Program-made: the position numbers and the translations under genes
Origin: Simkaniaceae bacterium
GTDB taxonomy: Bacteria; Chlamydiota; Chlamydiia; Chlamydiales; Simkaniaceae
Length of the DNA: 61,196 nt
NCBI GenBank assembly: GCA_050248615.1
Contig: JBFWSA010000009.1
Location: 1 to 61,196 of the forward strand
Reading direction: 5' to 3'
Part shown: positions 29,727 to 38,327 of the stretch, in pieces
Layout of the letters: each line of letters starts with the position of its first letter
How positions within the stretch are numbered: the stretch's first letter is position 1
Notes under the pieces: generated by a model
Databases searched by the model: none
What the model was told of the DNA's origin: nothing
What the model saw: only the letters and a program-made list of their open reading frames with translations

Positions 29727-31868
29727 TTATACTAAGAAGGATTTTAACCCTGTATGACGGGTTTTGACGTTGTCTGTTTTAACAGCAATGGCTAGAGCCT
29801 TTTTGGTGCCCAGTAAGACGACAAGTTTCTTTCCCCGGGTAATGCCTGTGTAGAGAAGATTTCTGAAAAGGAGTTTAAAGTGAGAGGTGTGCACGGGAAT
29901 AATTACGCATGGGCACTCGCTTCCTTGGTACTTATGAATGGAAACAGCATAGGCAAGCATGAGTTCATCGACATCGCAGAAATCATAAGGAACTGCGCGC
30001 CCATCAAAATTGACGACCAGTTCTTGATTTTCGAGATCGATAGTGACAATCCGCCCCACATCTCCATTGTAAACTTTTTTGTCATAGTTGTTGCGGATTT
30101 GCATCACTTTGTCATTGAAATTGAAGGAGCGTCCCATCCGAATCAGATGGAGGGTTTGAGGGTTCAGTTTTGCCTGCAACACGTGATTGAGGTTATCGGT
30201 TCCGATGATCCCTCTTTTCATCGGAGAGAGAACTTGAATATCATCAATGGGATTGAAAGGAAAATGTTCGGGGATGTGATGTTCGATCAGCTCTAAGATT
30301 TTTGCTAAGATTTCCTCAGGAGATTCCACATTGAAAAAGACAAAGTCGCTTCCCTTTTCGTGCTCGGTTTCGGGGAAGTAACCGGCGTTAATGCGATGGG
30401 CATTGGTGACAATGCGCGACCCTTTTCCTTGTCGAAAGATATGCTTTAAACGAGTGACGGGGAGACTTTCAGAGGCAATCATATCTTTGAGCACATTCCC
30501 AGGACCTACACTGGGGAGCTGATCGATATCTCCGATGAAGATCACGCGCGTTTCATCGGGGATGGCTTTAAGTAAGTGATACATGAGTTGCGTATCGATC
30601 ATGCTCGCTTCATCGATGATGAGGAGACGGGCATTTAAAGGGTTCTCCCGGTTCCGTTTAAAGCCCCCTTGTTGAAAATCCAGCTCCAGCAAACTATGAA
30701 TGGTGAAAGCTTTTTTGTAGCAGATTTCGCTCATCCGTTTTGCAGCGCGTCCTGTAGGAGCAGCTAAAATAATTTTGTCGGTCACTTTGGAAGTGATCGA
30801 AAGAATAGCGCGGGTGATCGTGCTCTTTCCTGTTCCAGGACCTCCCGTAATGATATGAATTTTTTCGCTTAAGCTAGAAGCAATCGCCTCTTTTTGCTCA
30901 TTCGCAAAACGGATCCGTTGTTTTTCTTGTGCCCATTCAATTGCTTTATCAACCAGCATGGGACGGATCGTACAGGGGGCATTTTGAATCCGTTTGAGCT
31001 CACGTGCAACCCCTCTTTCTGCGTTATATAAAGGTTTCACCCAAATATAGGGCTCTTCTTCAATGGAGGATTCGACAATGTGATCTTCTTGGTGTAAATG
31101 GGAGAGCTCTTTATTGATCAAATCTTCACTCACGGCGAGCATCGTTGCAGCTTCAGGAATGAAATCTTTTTTGGGATAGCAGACATGCCCCTCCGTAGAA
31201 AGCTCCCAAAGGACATGTTCAATTCCCGCACGAATGCGGAGAGGGGAGTCAGAAGCAATGCCTAAATTTTGCGCGAGTTCGTCGGCTGTTTTGAAACCTA
31301 TACCGTAAATCTCTTTCGCTAAGCGATAGGGATTTTCAGTCACTTTATCAATGCTCTCTTCCCCATAAGTTTTAAAAATCTTTTGCGCAAAAGAGGGGCG
31401 GACTTTGTGGGATTGTAAAAAGATCATCACGCTCCGCACTGCTTTTTGCTCTTCCCAACAGAGCTTGATTTTTTCTACCCGCTTTTCTCCGATACCGGGG
31501 ACTTCTGTTAAACGGTGAGGGGATTGGTCGATGATCTCCAGGGTTTTGACTCCAAAAGTGTCTACAATCCGTTTAGCATAGACAGGGCCCACCCCTTTGA
31601 CCATCCCAGATTCTAAATATTTTTGAATCCCTAAGATGTCCACAGGGGCTGTGAGCTCGTAGCTTTGGACTTCAAACTGTCTGCCGTGTTTGGCATGGTG
31701 TTTCCAAATACCCCGGCAATGCATGGTTTCTCCCGGGTTGACCCCGGGCATGGCTCCTACAATATTAATGAAATCGGCCTGTTTCGGAGTCTTAAGCCGC
31801 GCCACCGTAAAGCCCGTTTCCTCACTTGTAAAGACGATGTGGTCGATAAATCCGCTGAGTTGATCCAT
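29727..31868 (-). CDS. recD2: RecD2-like ATP-dependent DNA helicase
   Basis: N-terminal HhH region, GGPGTGKS, LAAPTGRAA, DEASM, GDIDQL and HKYQGSE motifs. Confidence 0.95.
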   Translation of the reverse strand: MDQLSGFIDHIVFTSEETGFTVARLKTPKQADFINIVGAMPGVNPGETMHCRGIWKHHAKHGRQFEVQSYELTAPVDILGIQKYLESGMVKGVGPVYAKRIVDTFGVKTLEIIDQSPHRLTEVPGIGEKRVEKIKLCWEEQKAVRSVMIFLQSHKVRPSFAQKIFKTYGEESIDKVTENPYRLAKEIYGIGFKTADELAQNLGIASDSPLRIRAGIEHVLWELSTEGHVCYPKKDFIPEAATMLAVSEDLINKELSHLHQEDHIVESSIEEEPYIWVKPLYNAERGVARELKRIQNAPCTIRPMLVDKAIEWAQEKQRIRFANEQKEAIASSLSEKIHIITGGPGTGKSTITRAILSITSKVTDKIILAAPTGRAAKRMSEICYKKAFTIHSLLELDFQQGGFKRNRENPLNARLLIIDEASMIDTQLMYHLLKAIPDETRVIFIGDIDQLPSVGPGNVLKDMIASESLPVTRLKHIFRQGKGSRIVTNAHRINAGYFPETEHEKGSDFVFFNVESPEEILAKILELIEHHIPEHFPFNPIDDIQVLSPMKRGIIGTDNLNHVLQAKLNPQTLHLIRMGRSFNFNDKVMQIRNNYDKKVYNGDVGRIVTIDLENQELVVNFDGRAVPYDFCDVDELMLAYAVSIHKYQGSECPCVIIPVHTSHFKLLFRNLLYTGITRGKKLVVLLGTKKALAIAVKTDNVKTRHTGLKSFLV

Positions 31869-31949
31869 GGCTCAAATCTTACGCGATTGCCAAATTTATT
31901 GCTTGTAATTGAAAAAAAATCCTTCAGAAGTTTATGATGGTCTTCTTGT

Positions 31950-32021
31950 TCCGGATTAGCTCAGCGGTAGAGCAGTAGACTGTTAATCTATTGGTCGCTG
32001 GTTCGAATCCAGCATCCGGAG
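31950..32021 (+). tRNA. tRNA-Asn(GTT)
   Basis: Cloverleaf: acceptor TCCGGAT/ATCCGGA, D arm AGCTCAGCGGTAGAGC, anticodon arm TAGAC-TGTTAA-TCTA, T loop GTTCGAATC; CCA not encoded. Confidence 0.97.
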
Positions 32022-32303
32022 ATTCGCTGGTTGATGTGACACTGCGAGAAGGGTCGAAAATGGCTCTCGCAGTGTTACAGACAGCTTTTTGCCATCCAAT
32101 TTCAAGTTCGAAAAGACGAAATTCAATAGTTGCTGTTTTTCCTTCAATTTCGGACTCATAAAGATTTCCTTAGCACGTTTAGCCAAATCTAATACTGTTT
32201 TCGCCATGATGAGACACTTTTCATCTCCGTTGACATGCTCCCTCATTTCGCTTGTGATGCTGCGCTGTCGCTTTTCGCACTTTGCTATAGAGCTTCTTTC
32301 CAC
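31983..32303 (-). pseudogene. C-terminal remnant of a large serine recombinase reading into the tRNA
   Basis: LAKRAKEIF...EKQQLLNFVFSNLKLDGKKL..TLREPF resembles large serine recombinase C-termini; the tail LRMLDSNQRP is the antisense of the tRNA T arm. Confidence 0.65.
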
Positions 32304-32361
32304 TTTCGTTGCAATATGTATATTTCGTTTTTACTGATGAGCTAGGTTTGCCTTCCGGTCT

Positions 32362-32589
32362 TTAAGGAAATAGGTCTTTTGTTTGAATCACTAAGGAATC
32401 ACATATTTTCTCCAGAGAACAGCCAGCAAAACAAGTAAAGAGAATTGTACCATCCGTTCCTTCTGCGATCGATAGACTAGGATTCTGATCATCATGAGCA
32501 GGGCAGCGCCCAGTATAGCCATGCCCACTTAGCTTTGGGCGACACCCGGTTTTTTTCTCTAATCTGTCAATTATTTCATTGAAATTCAT
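32362..32589 (-). pseudogene. Primase-type zinc-finger (CHC2-like) fragment
   Basis: CPAHDDQNPSLSI...CFAGC motif; ORF stops after the zinc domain. Confidence 0.7.
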
Positions 32590-32764
32590 GTGGTATTCCT
32601 TTTTTCTTACTAGTCAGGTTAATAGAGATTTTAAATTCTTCCTTTTCGTTCAAATTTCTCTGATTGACTTGATATAAAAGGGCAAAAAATTGTTTCAGTG
32701 GTGCTAGGTCAGTCATGCCTTTGGCTTTCCCTGAAATATGCTTCACTATTTGTCCTCTTTTCAT
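32576..32764 (-). CDS. Small hypothetical protein of the element
   Basis: 62-aa ORF overlapping the zinc-finger gene start; GAGG RBS. Confidence 0.45.
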   Translation of the reverse strand: MKRGQIVKHISGKAKGMTDLAPLKQFFALLYQVNQRNLNEKEEFKISINLTSKKKGIPHEFQ

Positions 32765-32949
32765 AGCCTCATCGTAGCCCTTTTTTTATGAACAGGCGCG
32801 AAAGGGGGAATAAATGGGAAAATTCCCACTTATCTTCCTAAAGAATGAAGGGAAGTGAATGGAAAAAATTATGAAAAAAGCCGTTTACCCCTAGCAAATA
32901 CCAATAAAATCTGCTATTATTTGTAAGGTTTTGTAAGGTATTAATTTAG

Positions 32950-33189
32950 ATGATTGAAAATTTAACTAATCATTCTTATCGGGAGTTGCTAAGAGGCAAC
33001 TTCCAGTCATTGGGCTACTTTATTGATGAAGCCTTAGCATCTAAAGATGTCTACGCCTTTTTCTGCTTAATTGCAGACTTAATTGTACCATTGATCCGAA
33101 CCGGTCCCGCGTTTGAGTCTTTTTACTTGGGGTGGATTCAAGAAAAAGATGAATATAAAAAGGCTTACGCCAAAACCGAAATTACCTGA
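32950..33189 (+). pseudogene. Hypothetical protein fragment
   Basis: Short ORF upstream of the large cargo gene; ends abruptly and is probably truncated. Confidence 0.35.
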
Positions 33190-33360
33190 AATTTTTTTTG
33201 TTAAAAAGAGCACAAATAAAATGGTTCTCAGATCTGTTCGAGTAGAACTGTCGGATTTGCCGAGTATTGATTTAGTAAGACTGTGTGAACAAATTAAACG
33301 ATTCGAGCCCAGTGACAAAAGATTGCTCGATATCTCCAGTCCAGAGGCCTCAAAATTAAT

Positions 33361-36300
33361 ATGAATAAAAAGAATTTTGTTAATTTTGCTGGAGCAAAAA
33401 AATTTGCTCAATCTCTTGGTTTAAAAGGCAAATCAGCATGGGAAACATGGATTAAATCCAATGTCTTGCCCGCAAATATTCCACGACACCCAAGTGGCGT
33501 CTACAAAAATAAGGGCTGGAATGGTTGGGGAGATTTTCTCGGAACGGGCAATAAGGCCCCACGAGACTTTAATTATCGATCTTACATAGAAGCGCGACAA
33601 TTTGTTCATTCACTGAACTTAAAAAATACTACTGAATGGAAACGATGGGCTAATTCAGGTAAGAGATCAGCAGATATTCCTAAAAATCCAGCACAAGCTT
33701 ATCGAAATAGTGGCTGGATTAATTTTGCGGATTTTCTAGGTGTAAAAATTATACCGAATAAAAGGACTTTTCCTTCATTTGAAAAGGCTAGAGATTTTGC
33801 CAGATCTCTAAAATTAGAAAGCAAAAAAGATTGGCTGGAATGGTTCGAAATTCATCAGCCTCTGGAGTGGGCTAAATGGCCGAATCACTTATTCAAAGAC
33901 AAAGGCTGGAAAGGCTGGAATGATTTTTTAGGGATAACAACCCCGATAATAGATCGTCGCCGCAAATACCGCCTATCAGTAACTCAAGAATACTGCTCAT
34001 TCACAGAAGCTCGAGCATATGCACATTCTTTAAATCTCAAAAGCATGACAGATTGGAAAAAATTGGTTCAGAAAAATGCACTACCATCCAAAATTCCTTC
34101 CTATCCTGATCAAGTCTATAAAAATAAAGGCTGGAAAGGGGCTGGTGACTTTCTTGGAACGGGGGCTATAGCATCTCAGAATCGTGAATTTCTGAGATTT
34201 GAAGAAGCAAAAAAGGTGATACAGGAGTTGGAATTAAAGAGCATGTCTGAATGGAGAAAGTGGGCAAAGTCTATAGCTCGACCAGCAAATATTCCTGCAT
34301 GCCCTTGGGAGGTTTATAAAAATGATGGCTGGAATGGAATAGGTGATTTTTTGGGGACAGGTACCATAGCACCTCAAAATAAAAAGTTCCGATCTTTCAA
34401 AGATGCACGCAATTTTGCAAAAACTCTAAATCTATCGGGTAAGGAAGAATGGGTTCAATGGACAAAAACAGATGCCCGTCCAATTGATATTCCAGCATAT
34501 CCGAATGAAGTTTATGCAAAGCTAGGGTGGAATGGGTGGGGGAACTTTCTTGGGACAGGATTTATAGCTCATAAAAATCGTACTTATCGCTCATTTCATG
34601 AAGCTCGTCTCTTTGTTAGAGCCCTTGGATTGCAAAATAAGGAGGATTGGGCACAATGGGCAAAATCTAAAGAAAGGCCAGAAGATATTCCTAAAAGTTC
34701 TAATCACATTTATGAAGCAGAATGGCAAGGCTGGGGCGATTGGCTAGGGACAGATAGGATAGCAAACCAGAACAAAGAATTTCTATCCTTTGAAGAGGCT
34801 CGAGATTTTGCAAGGTCATTGAAATTCCAAAGCCAGGGACAATGGCGCACCTGGGCTAAAACTGCAAACAAACCCGAAAACATCCCTGCGAATCCCGCGG
34901 GAGTTTACGAGGATAAATGGATCGGTTGGGGTGATTGGATTGGTATTGTAAACAGCTGGAATGAGAGCAATATCAGAGCATTTGTTTCCTCCTTACTACC
35001 CCATTTGAACACGTTTTCAGCAGCAGGTTTGTATGTGCTGTTTCAGCAAACAGGTATTTTAGAGATAACTCCTGGTAGCAGAAGCCAATCTTTTGTTCAG
35101 GCTTTAAAAACTGGCAGGTTTCCCAAAGAGGAGTTAGAAAAATTCGTTACGGGAGAACGTTCACTAGTTAACGAATTCTTCGATGATTCAGAAATGTCTA
35201 TTGAAGGCCAAGAAGAGAAGTCTCCTGATGACCCTCTTATTTCTGAAGATAAATTGCCTATAAAGGAAACCCTTATTCAGGGAGACCTTCCGAGCATAGA
35301 TACCCAAGGGATTTTGGCAACTTTAGATAGCAAACTCTTTTCTACTTTGGATAAGGAAGCCATCGATTTCTTTATCAAAGAGGCTGTAGCAAGGATTTGG
35401 CAACAGGCATTCTTAGATGAGGCCAAGGCGGTCGAGCAACTAGAGCTGTATGGCGATGAGGGAGTGTACTCTCAAGAAGTCAAACGTCTATTTCTTCATG
35501 ATTATCACGGTGCTAAAAGCCTTCAAATTCCATCTGGGTACTGTTTTCCTCACCAACCCCTCTTGATGCAGTTCTATACAGCTTATTTGATCAAAACTCG
35601 TAAAAAACTTGGTAATTGGTCGGGAACTGGTGCTGGAAAAACCCTTTCTGCAATTTTAGCAAGCAGAGTAATCCATGCTGGATTAACCGTCATTTGCTGT
35701 CCAAACAATGTTATAGGCAATTGGAAACGCAACATCCTAGAAATCTATCCCGAAAGCTCTGTCTTTATCAAAGAGACCGATGTAAAAAAAGATATGTCAA
35801 AAAAAACTAAATATCTGATTTTGAACTATGAGTTTTTTCAACAGCCAAAAACAGAGCAAAAGCTCAAGGCTCTGGTAGACAATAATATCATCGATTTTAT
35901 CATCATTGATGAGATTCACTACTCAAAGCAAAGAGAGGCTGAAAAAATTTCTCTTAGAAAGGCAACAATATCTGCTTTTCTATCAGAAGCATCAGCTCAA
36001 AACGAAAACCTGCATGTTTTAGGGATGTCTGCAACTCCTGTAATTAACAACCTTTTCGAGGGGAAGACCTTAATTGAGATGGTGACAGGCGTTCATCATG
36101 ATGAATTGAATACAAAACCCACAATCCCTAATTGCATAGCCCATTATCAAAAATTCGTCTCTCATGGCATTCGATGGGTACCTCAGTATGACTATCGCTT
36201 AAATCTTCATACAGAACGTATTGATTGTAGCGAGTACCTTTCAGAGATTAAGCATCAAAGTGCCTATGGATCAATGGTGGATTTAGAAGCTGTCTTAACC

Positions 36301-37515
36301 AGGGCAAAACTTCCTTTCATTTTGGATTTTCTAAAGCCAAAAACAATCGTATACACACACTACCTGAAGGACATTCTTCCTGTTTTGCAAGAAGCTATTG
36401 AAAAGAAGGGATGGCATGTAGCTGTGTTCACTGGGGAGAATAAAGATGGTTTGGATGCATTCATTGATGGGAATGCAGATGTTTTGATTGCCTCAAGCTG
36501 TGTAGGAACAGGTGTAGATAGACTTCAGCACGTTTGCAATAGACTTATCATAAGCTCATTGCCTTGGACCCATGCGGAGTTTGAGCAGCTTAAGGGAAGG
36601 ATTTACAGACAGGGACAAATAAAGGATCATGTCGATGTACTTGTTCCTCTGACTTATGCTGATGTTAATGGAGAGGAGTGGTCTTGGTGCAATTCTAGAT
36701 GGAAGCGTATTCAATTCAAGAAATCTGTGTCTGATGCTGCCGTAGATGGCGTGATTCCAGAAGGGCACCTTCGTACTCCCGCACAGGCTTACAAAGATAC
36801 CATGCTGTGGTTAGATCGGCTTGATCGAGGCGAAATTTATGAAATAGAGAGACGTAAGATTTCCATACCTCTTATCGGAGAGGTAAAACCCAATGTCCAA
36901 AGAAAGATGGGTGATCTCTCTCAAATGAATTCTCGCATAAACCATGCCCCAAGTAGTGAGACGCATAAACAATTTTTAGCTCATCCTGAAGAATGGGAAT
37001 GTTATCACTCTACTTATCGTGAAAATAGAAAGAGTTGGCCTGTTGTTCCCTATGAAGAAGCTGTCAAATGGTTTAAGGCAAGACCTCACATGGTAATTGG
37101 AGACTTTGGATGTGGAGAGGCACTTTTAGCTGCTAATATCGAAAATAAGGTCTTTTCTTTCGATCATGTGGCCATCAATGAGAATGTCACTGCGTGTGAT
37201 ATGTGCCATACCTCTTTAGATGATGCCTGCCTAGATGCAGCGGTCTTCTCTTTGTCCCTTATGGGGTCTAACTTTATCGATTACCTGAAGGAAGCGCATC
37301 GCTGTCTGAAGTTGGATGGTCATTTATGGATTGCGGAGCCTACTTCGCGCATTCAGAATATCGAGCTATTCCGTGATCTTCTATTCAGACTGGGATTTGA
37401 TGTCAGCCGAGTCGATGAGAAGTGGAAGTTCATATTTATCAAAGCTATCAAATCAGAAAGAGAAGTTAACATTGATGCTTTGGGTGCTATAAATTATTCC
37501 TCTGTCTTATCATGA
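33361..37515 (+). CDS. Multidomain protein: 8 Trp-rich tandem repeats + SF2 helicase + RRP8/nucleomethylin-like SAM methyltransferase
   Basis: Repeats F.SF.EAR.F..SL.L.S..EW..W......P..IP..P..VY...GW.GWGDFLG; helicase motifs GTGAGKT, DEIH, SATP and QLKGRIYRQGQ; methyltransferase motifs DFGCGEA, ACDM, FSLSLMG and EAHRCLK..G.LWIAE. Confidence 0.88.
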   Translation: MNKKNFVNFAGAKKFAQSLGLKGKSAWETWIKSNVLPANIPRHPSGVYKNKGWNGWGDFLGTGNKAPRDFNYRSYIEARQFVHSLNLKNTTEWKRWANSGKRSADIPKNPAQAYRNSGWINFADFLGVKIIPNKRTFPSFEKARDFARSLKLESKKDWLEWFEIHQPLEWAKWPNHLFKDKGWKGWNDFLGITTPIIDRRRKYRLSVTQEYCSFTEARAYAHSLNLKSMTDWKKLVQKNALPSKIPSYPDQVYKNKGWKGAGDFLGTGAIASQNREFLRFEEAKKVIQELELKSMSEWRKWAKSIARPANIPACPWEVYKNDGWNGIGDFLGTGTIAPQNKKFRSFKDARNFAKTLNLSGKEEWVQWTKTDARPIDIPAYPNEVYAKLGWNGWGNFLGTGFIAHKNRTYRSFHEARLFVRALGLQNKEDWAQWAKSKERPEDIPKSSNHIYEAEWQGWGDWLGTDRIANQNKEFLSFEEARDFARSLKFQSQGQWRTWAKTANKPENIPANPAGVYEDKWIGWGDWIGIVNSWNESNIRAFVSSLLPHLNTFSAAGLYVLFQQTGILEITPGSRSQSFVQALKTGRFPKEELEKFVTGERSLVNEFFDDSEMSIEGQEEKSPDDPLISEDKLPIKETLIQGDLPSIDTQGILATLDSKLFSTLDKEAIDFFIKEAVARIWQQAFLDEAKAVEQLELYGDEGVYSQEVKRLFLHDYHGAKSLQIPSGYCFPHQPLLMQFYTAYLIKTRKKLGNWSGTGAGKTLSAILASRVIHAGLTVICCPNNVIGNWKRNILEIYPESSVFIKETDVKKDMSKKTKYLILNYEFFQQPKTEQKLKALVDNNIIDFIIIDEIHYSKQREAEKISLRKATISAFLSEASAQNENLHVLGMSATPVINNLFEGKTLIEMVTGVHHDELNTKPTIPNCIAHYQKFVSHGIRWVPQYDYRLNLHTERIDCSEYLSEIKHQSAYGSMVDLEAVLTRAKLPFILDFLKPKTIVYTHYLKDILPVLQEAIEKKGWHVAVFTGENKDGLDAFIDGNADVLIASSCVGTGVDRLQHVCNRLIISSLPWTHAEFEQLKGRIYRQGQIKDHVDVLVPLTYADVNGEEWSWCNSRWKRIQFKKSVSDAAVDGVIPEGHLRTPAQAYKDTMLWLDRLDRGEIYEIERRKISIPLIGEVKPNVQRKMGDLSQMNSRINHAPSSETHKQFLAHPEEWECYHSTYRENRKSWPVVPYEEAVKWFKARPHMVIGDFGCGEALLAANIENKVFSFDHVAINENVTACDMCHTSLDDACLDAAVFSLSLMGSNFIDYLKEAHRCLKLDGHLWIAEPTSRIQNIELFRDLLFRLGFDVSRVDEKWKFIFIKAIKSEREVNIDALGAINYSSVLS

Positions 37516-37544
37516 ACCATCGATTTTTTAGGAGGTTGTTTTAG

Positions 37545-38327
37545 ATGACTCAGATAGAAAGACATGCCACTTACAAAGATATTTTATTAAGTGAAAGCAA
37601 GGTCCAAGAACAAACTTACAACACTTATGGTAAGTGGTTTGTTAGGTTAGGGCAGGCAATAGATGTCTTGCTAGAGCTATGTTATTATAAATGCTCTTTG
37701 CCTGAAGATCAAAATTCAGACGAGTATCGATTTGTTCTTTTTGCTCTTGATACGTACTATGAAGCTCCTTTATCTTTGCGCAGCTGCAGTGCTTTAATGG
37801 AAAAGGGGTTGTATCACGATTCTTTAAACTGCTGTAGATCGATTTTGGAAAATCTTGTGAAGTATAAGTATCTTTTGGATCATAAGGACCTGATTATTGC
37901 ATACGAGACTGATGGGAAAGATAGTAGTGGTAAGAAAGTTACGATCAAGAGGGCATGGGAATATGTTGCTGGAAAAGACTCGCAAAAAACTACTTATCAT
38001 TTCTTGTCTAAATTCGAACATAAAAATTTCGGTTCCATCCTTCCAAGGCTAAATGCGTCTATGAATTCTGCGAGTACCCTTTCCTTGCTACCTACTTTCA
38101 ATACAACTTTGGCTGAGGTTGTGATAAACAACATGCTTTTTTTTGTATTTGGCTATATTAACTTAGCGGAACGGTTTTTCCCCTATGAAAAGCCGATTGC
38201 ACAAGCAAATTTCTTTGATAACTACTCTGATATCAAGGATTTTTTACATCAACAGCTTCAAAAGAAAAAGATCGATTTTCCTCAATCAACGGCGTGGTGT
38301 GAAATCATGCAAAAAATTATCTACTGA
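37545..38327 (+). CDS. DUF5677/HEPN-like helical protein
   Basis: CRSILE and YHFLSKFEH motifs in an all-helical protein; AGGAGG RBS directly after the helicase gene. Confidence 0.6.
   Translation: MTQIERHATYKDILLSESKVQEQTYNTYGKWFVRLGQAIDVLLELCYYKCSLPEDQNSDEYRFVLFALDTYYEAPLSLRSCSALMEKGLYHDSLNCCRSILENLVKYKYLLDHKDLIIAYETDGKDSSGKKVTIKRAWEYVAGKDSQKTTYHFLSKFEHKNFGSILPRLNASMNSASTLSLLPTFNTTLAEVVINNMLFFVFGYINLAERFFPYEKPIAQANFFDNYSDIKDFLHQQLQKKKIDFPQSTAWCEIMQKIIY

Noticed and set aside
32790..32870. Repeated GGGAA motifs between divergent island genes
   Set aside because: Short, irregularly spaced and purine-rich; not enough to call iterons or operators.
33361..37515. Classical Type I/III/IIG restriction-modification assignment for the helicase-MTase
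   Set aside because: No NPPY/DPPY amino-methyltransferase motif or HsdS/Mod partner; the MTase motifs follow the RRP8 pattern instead.
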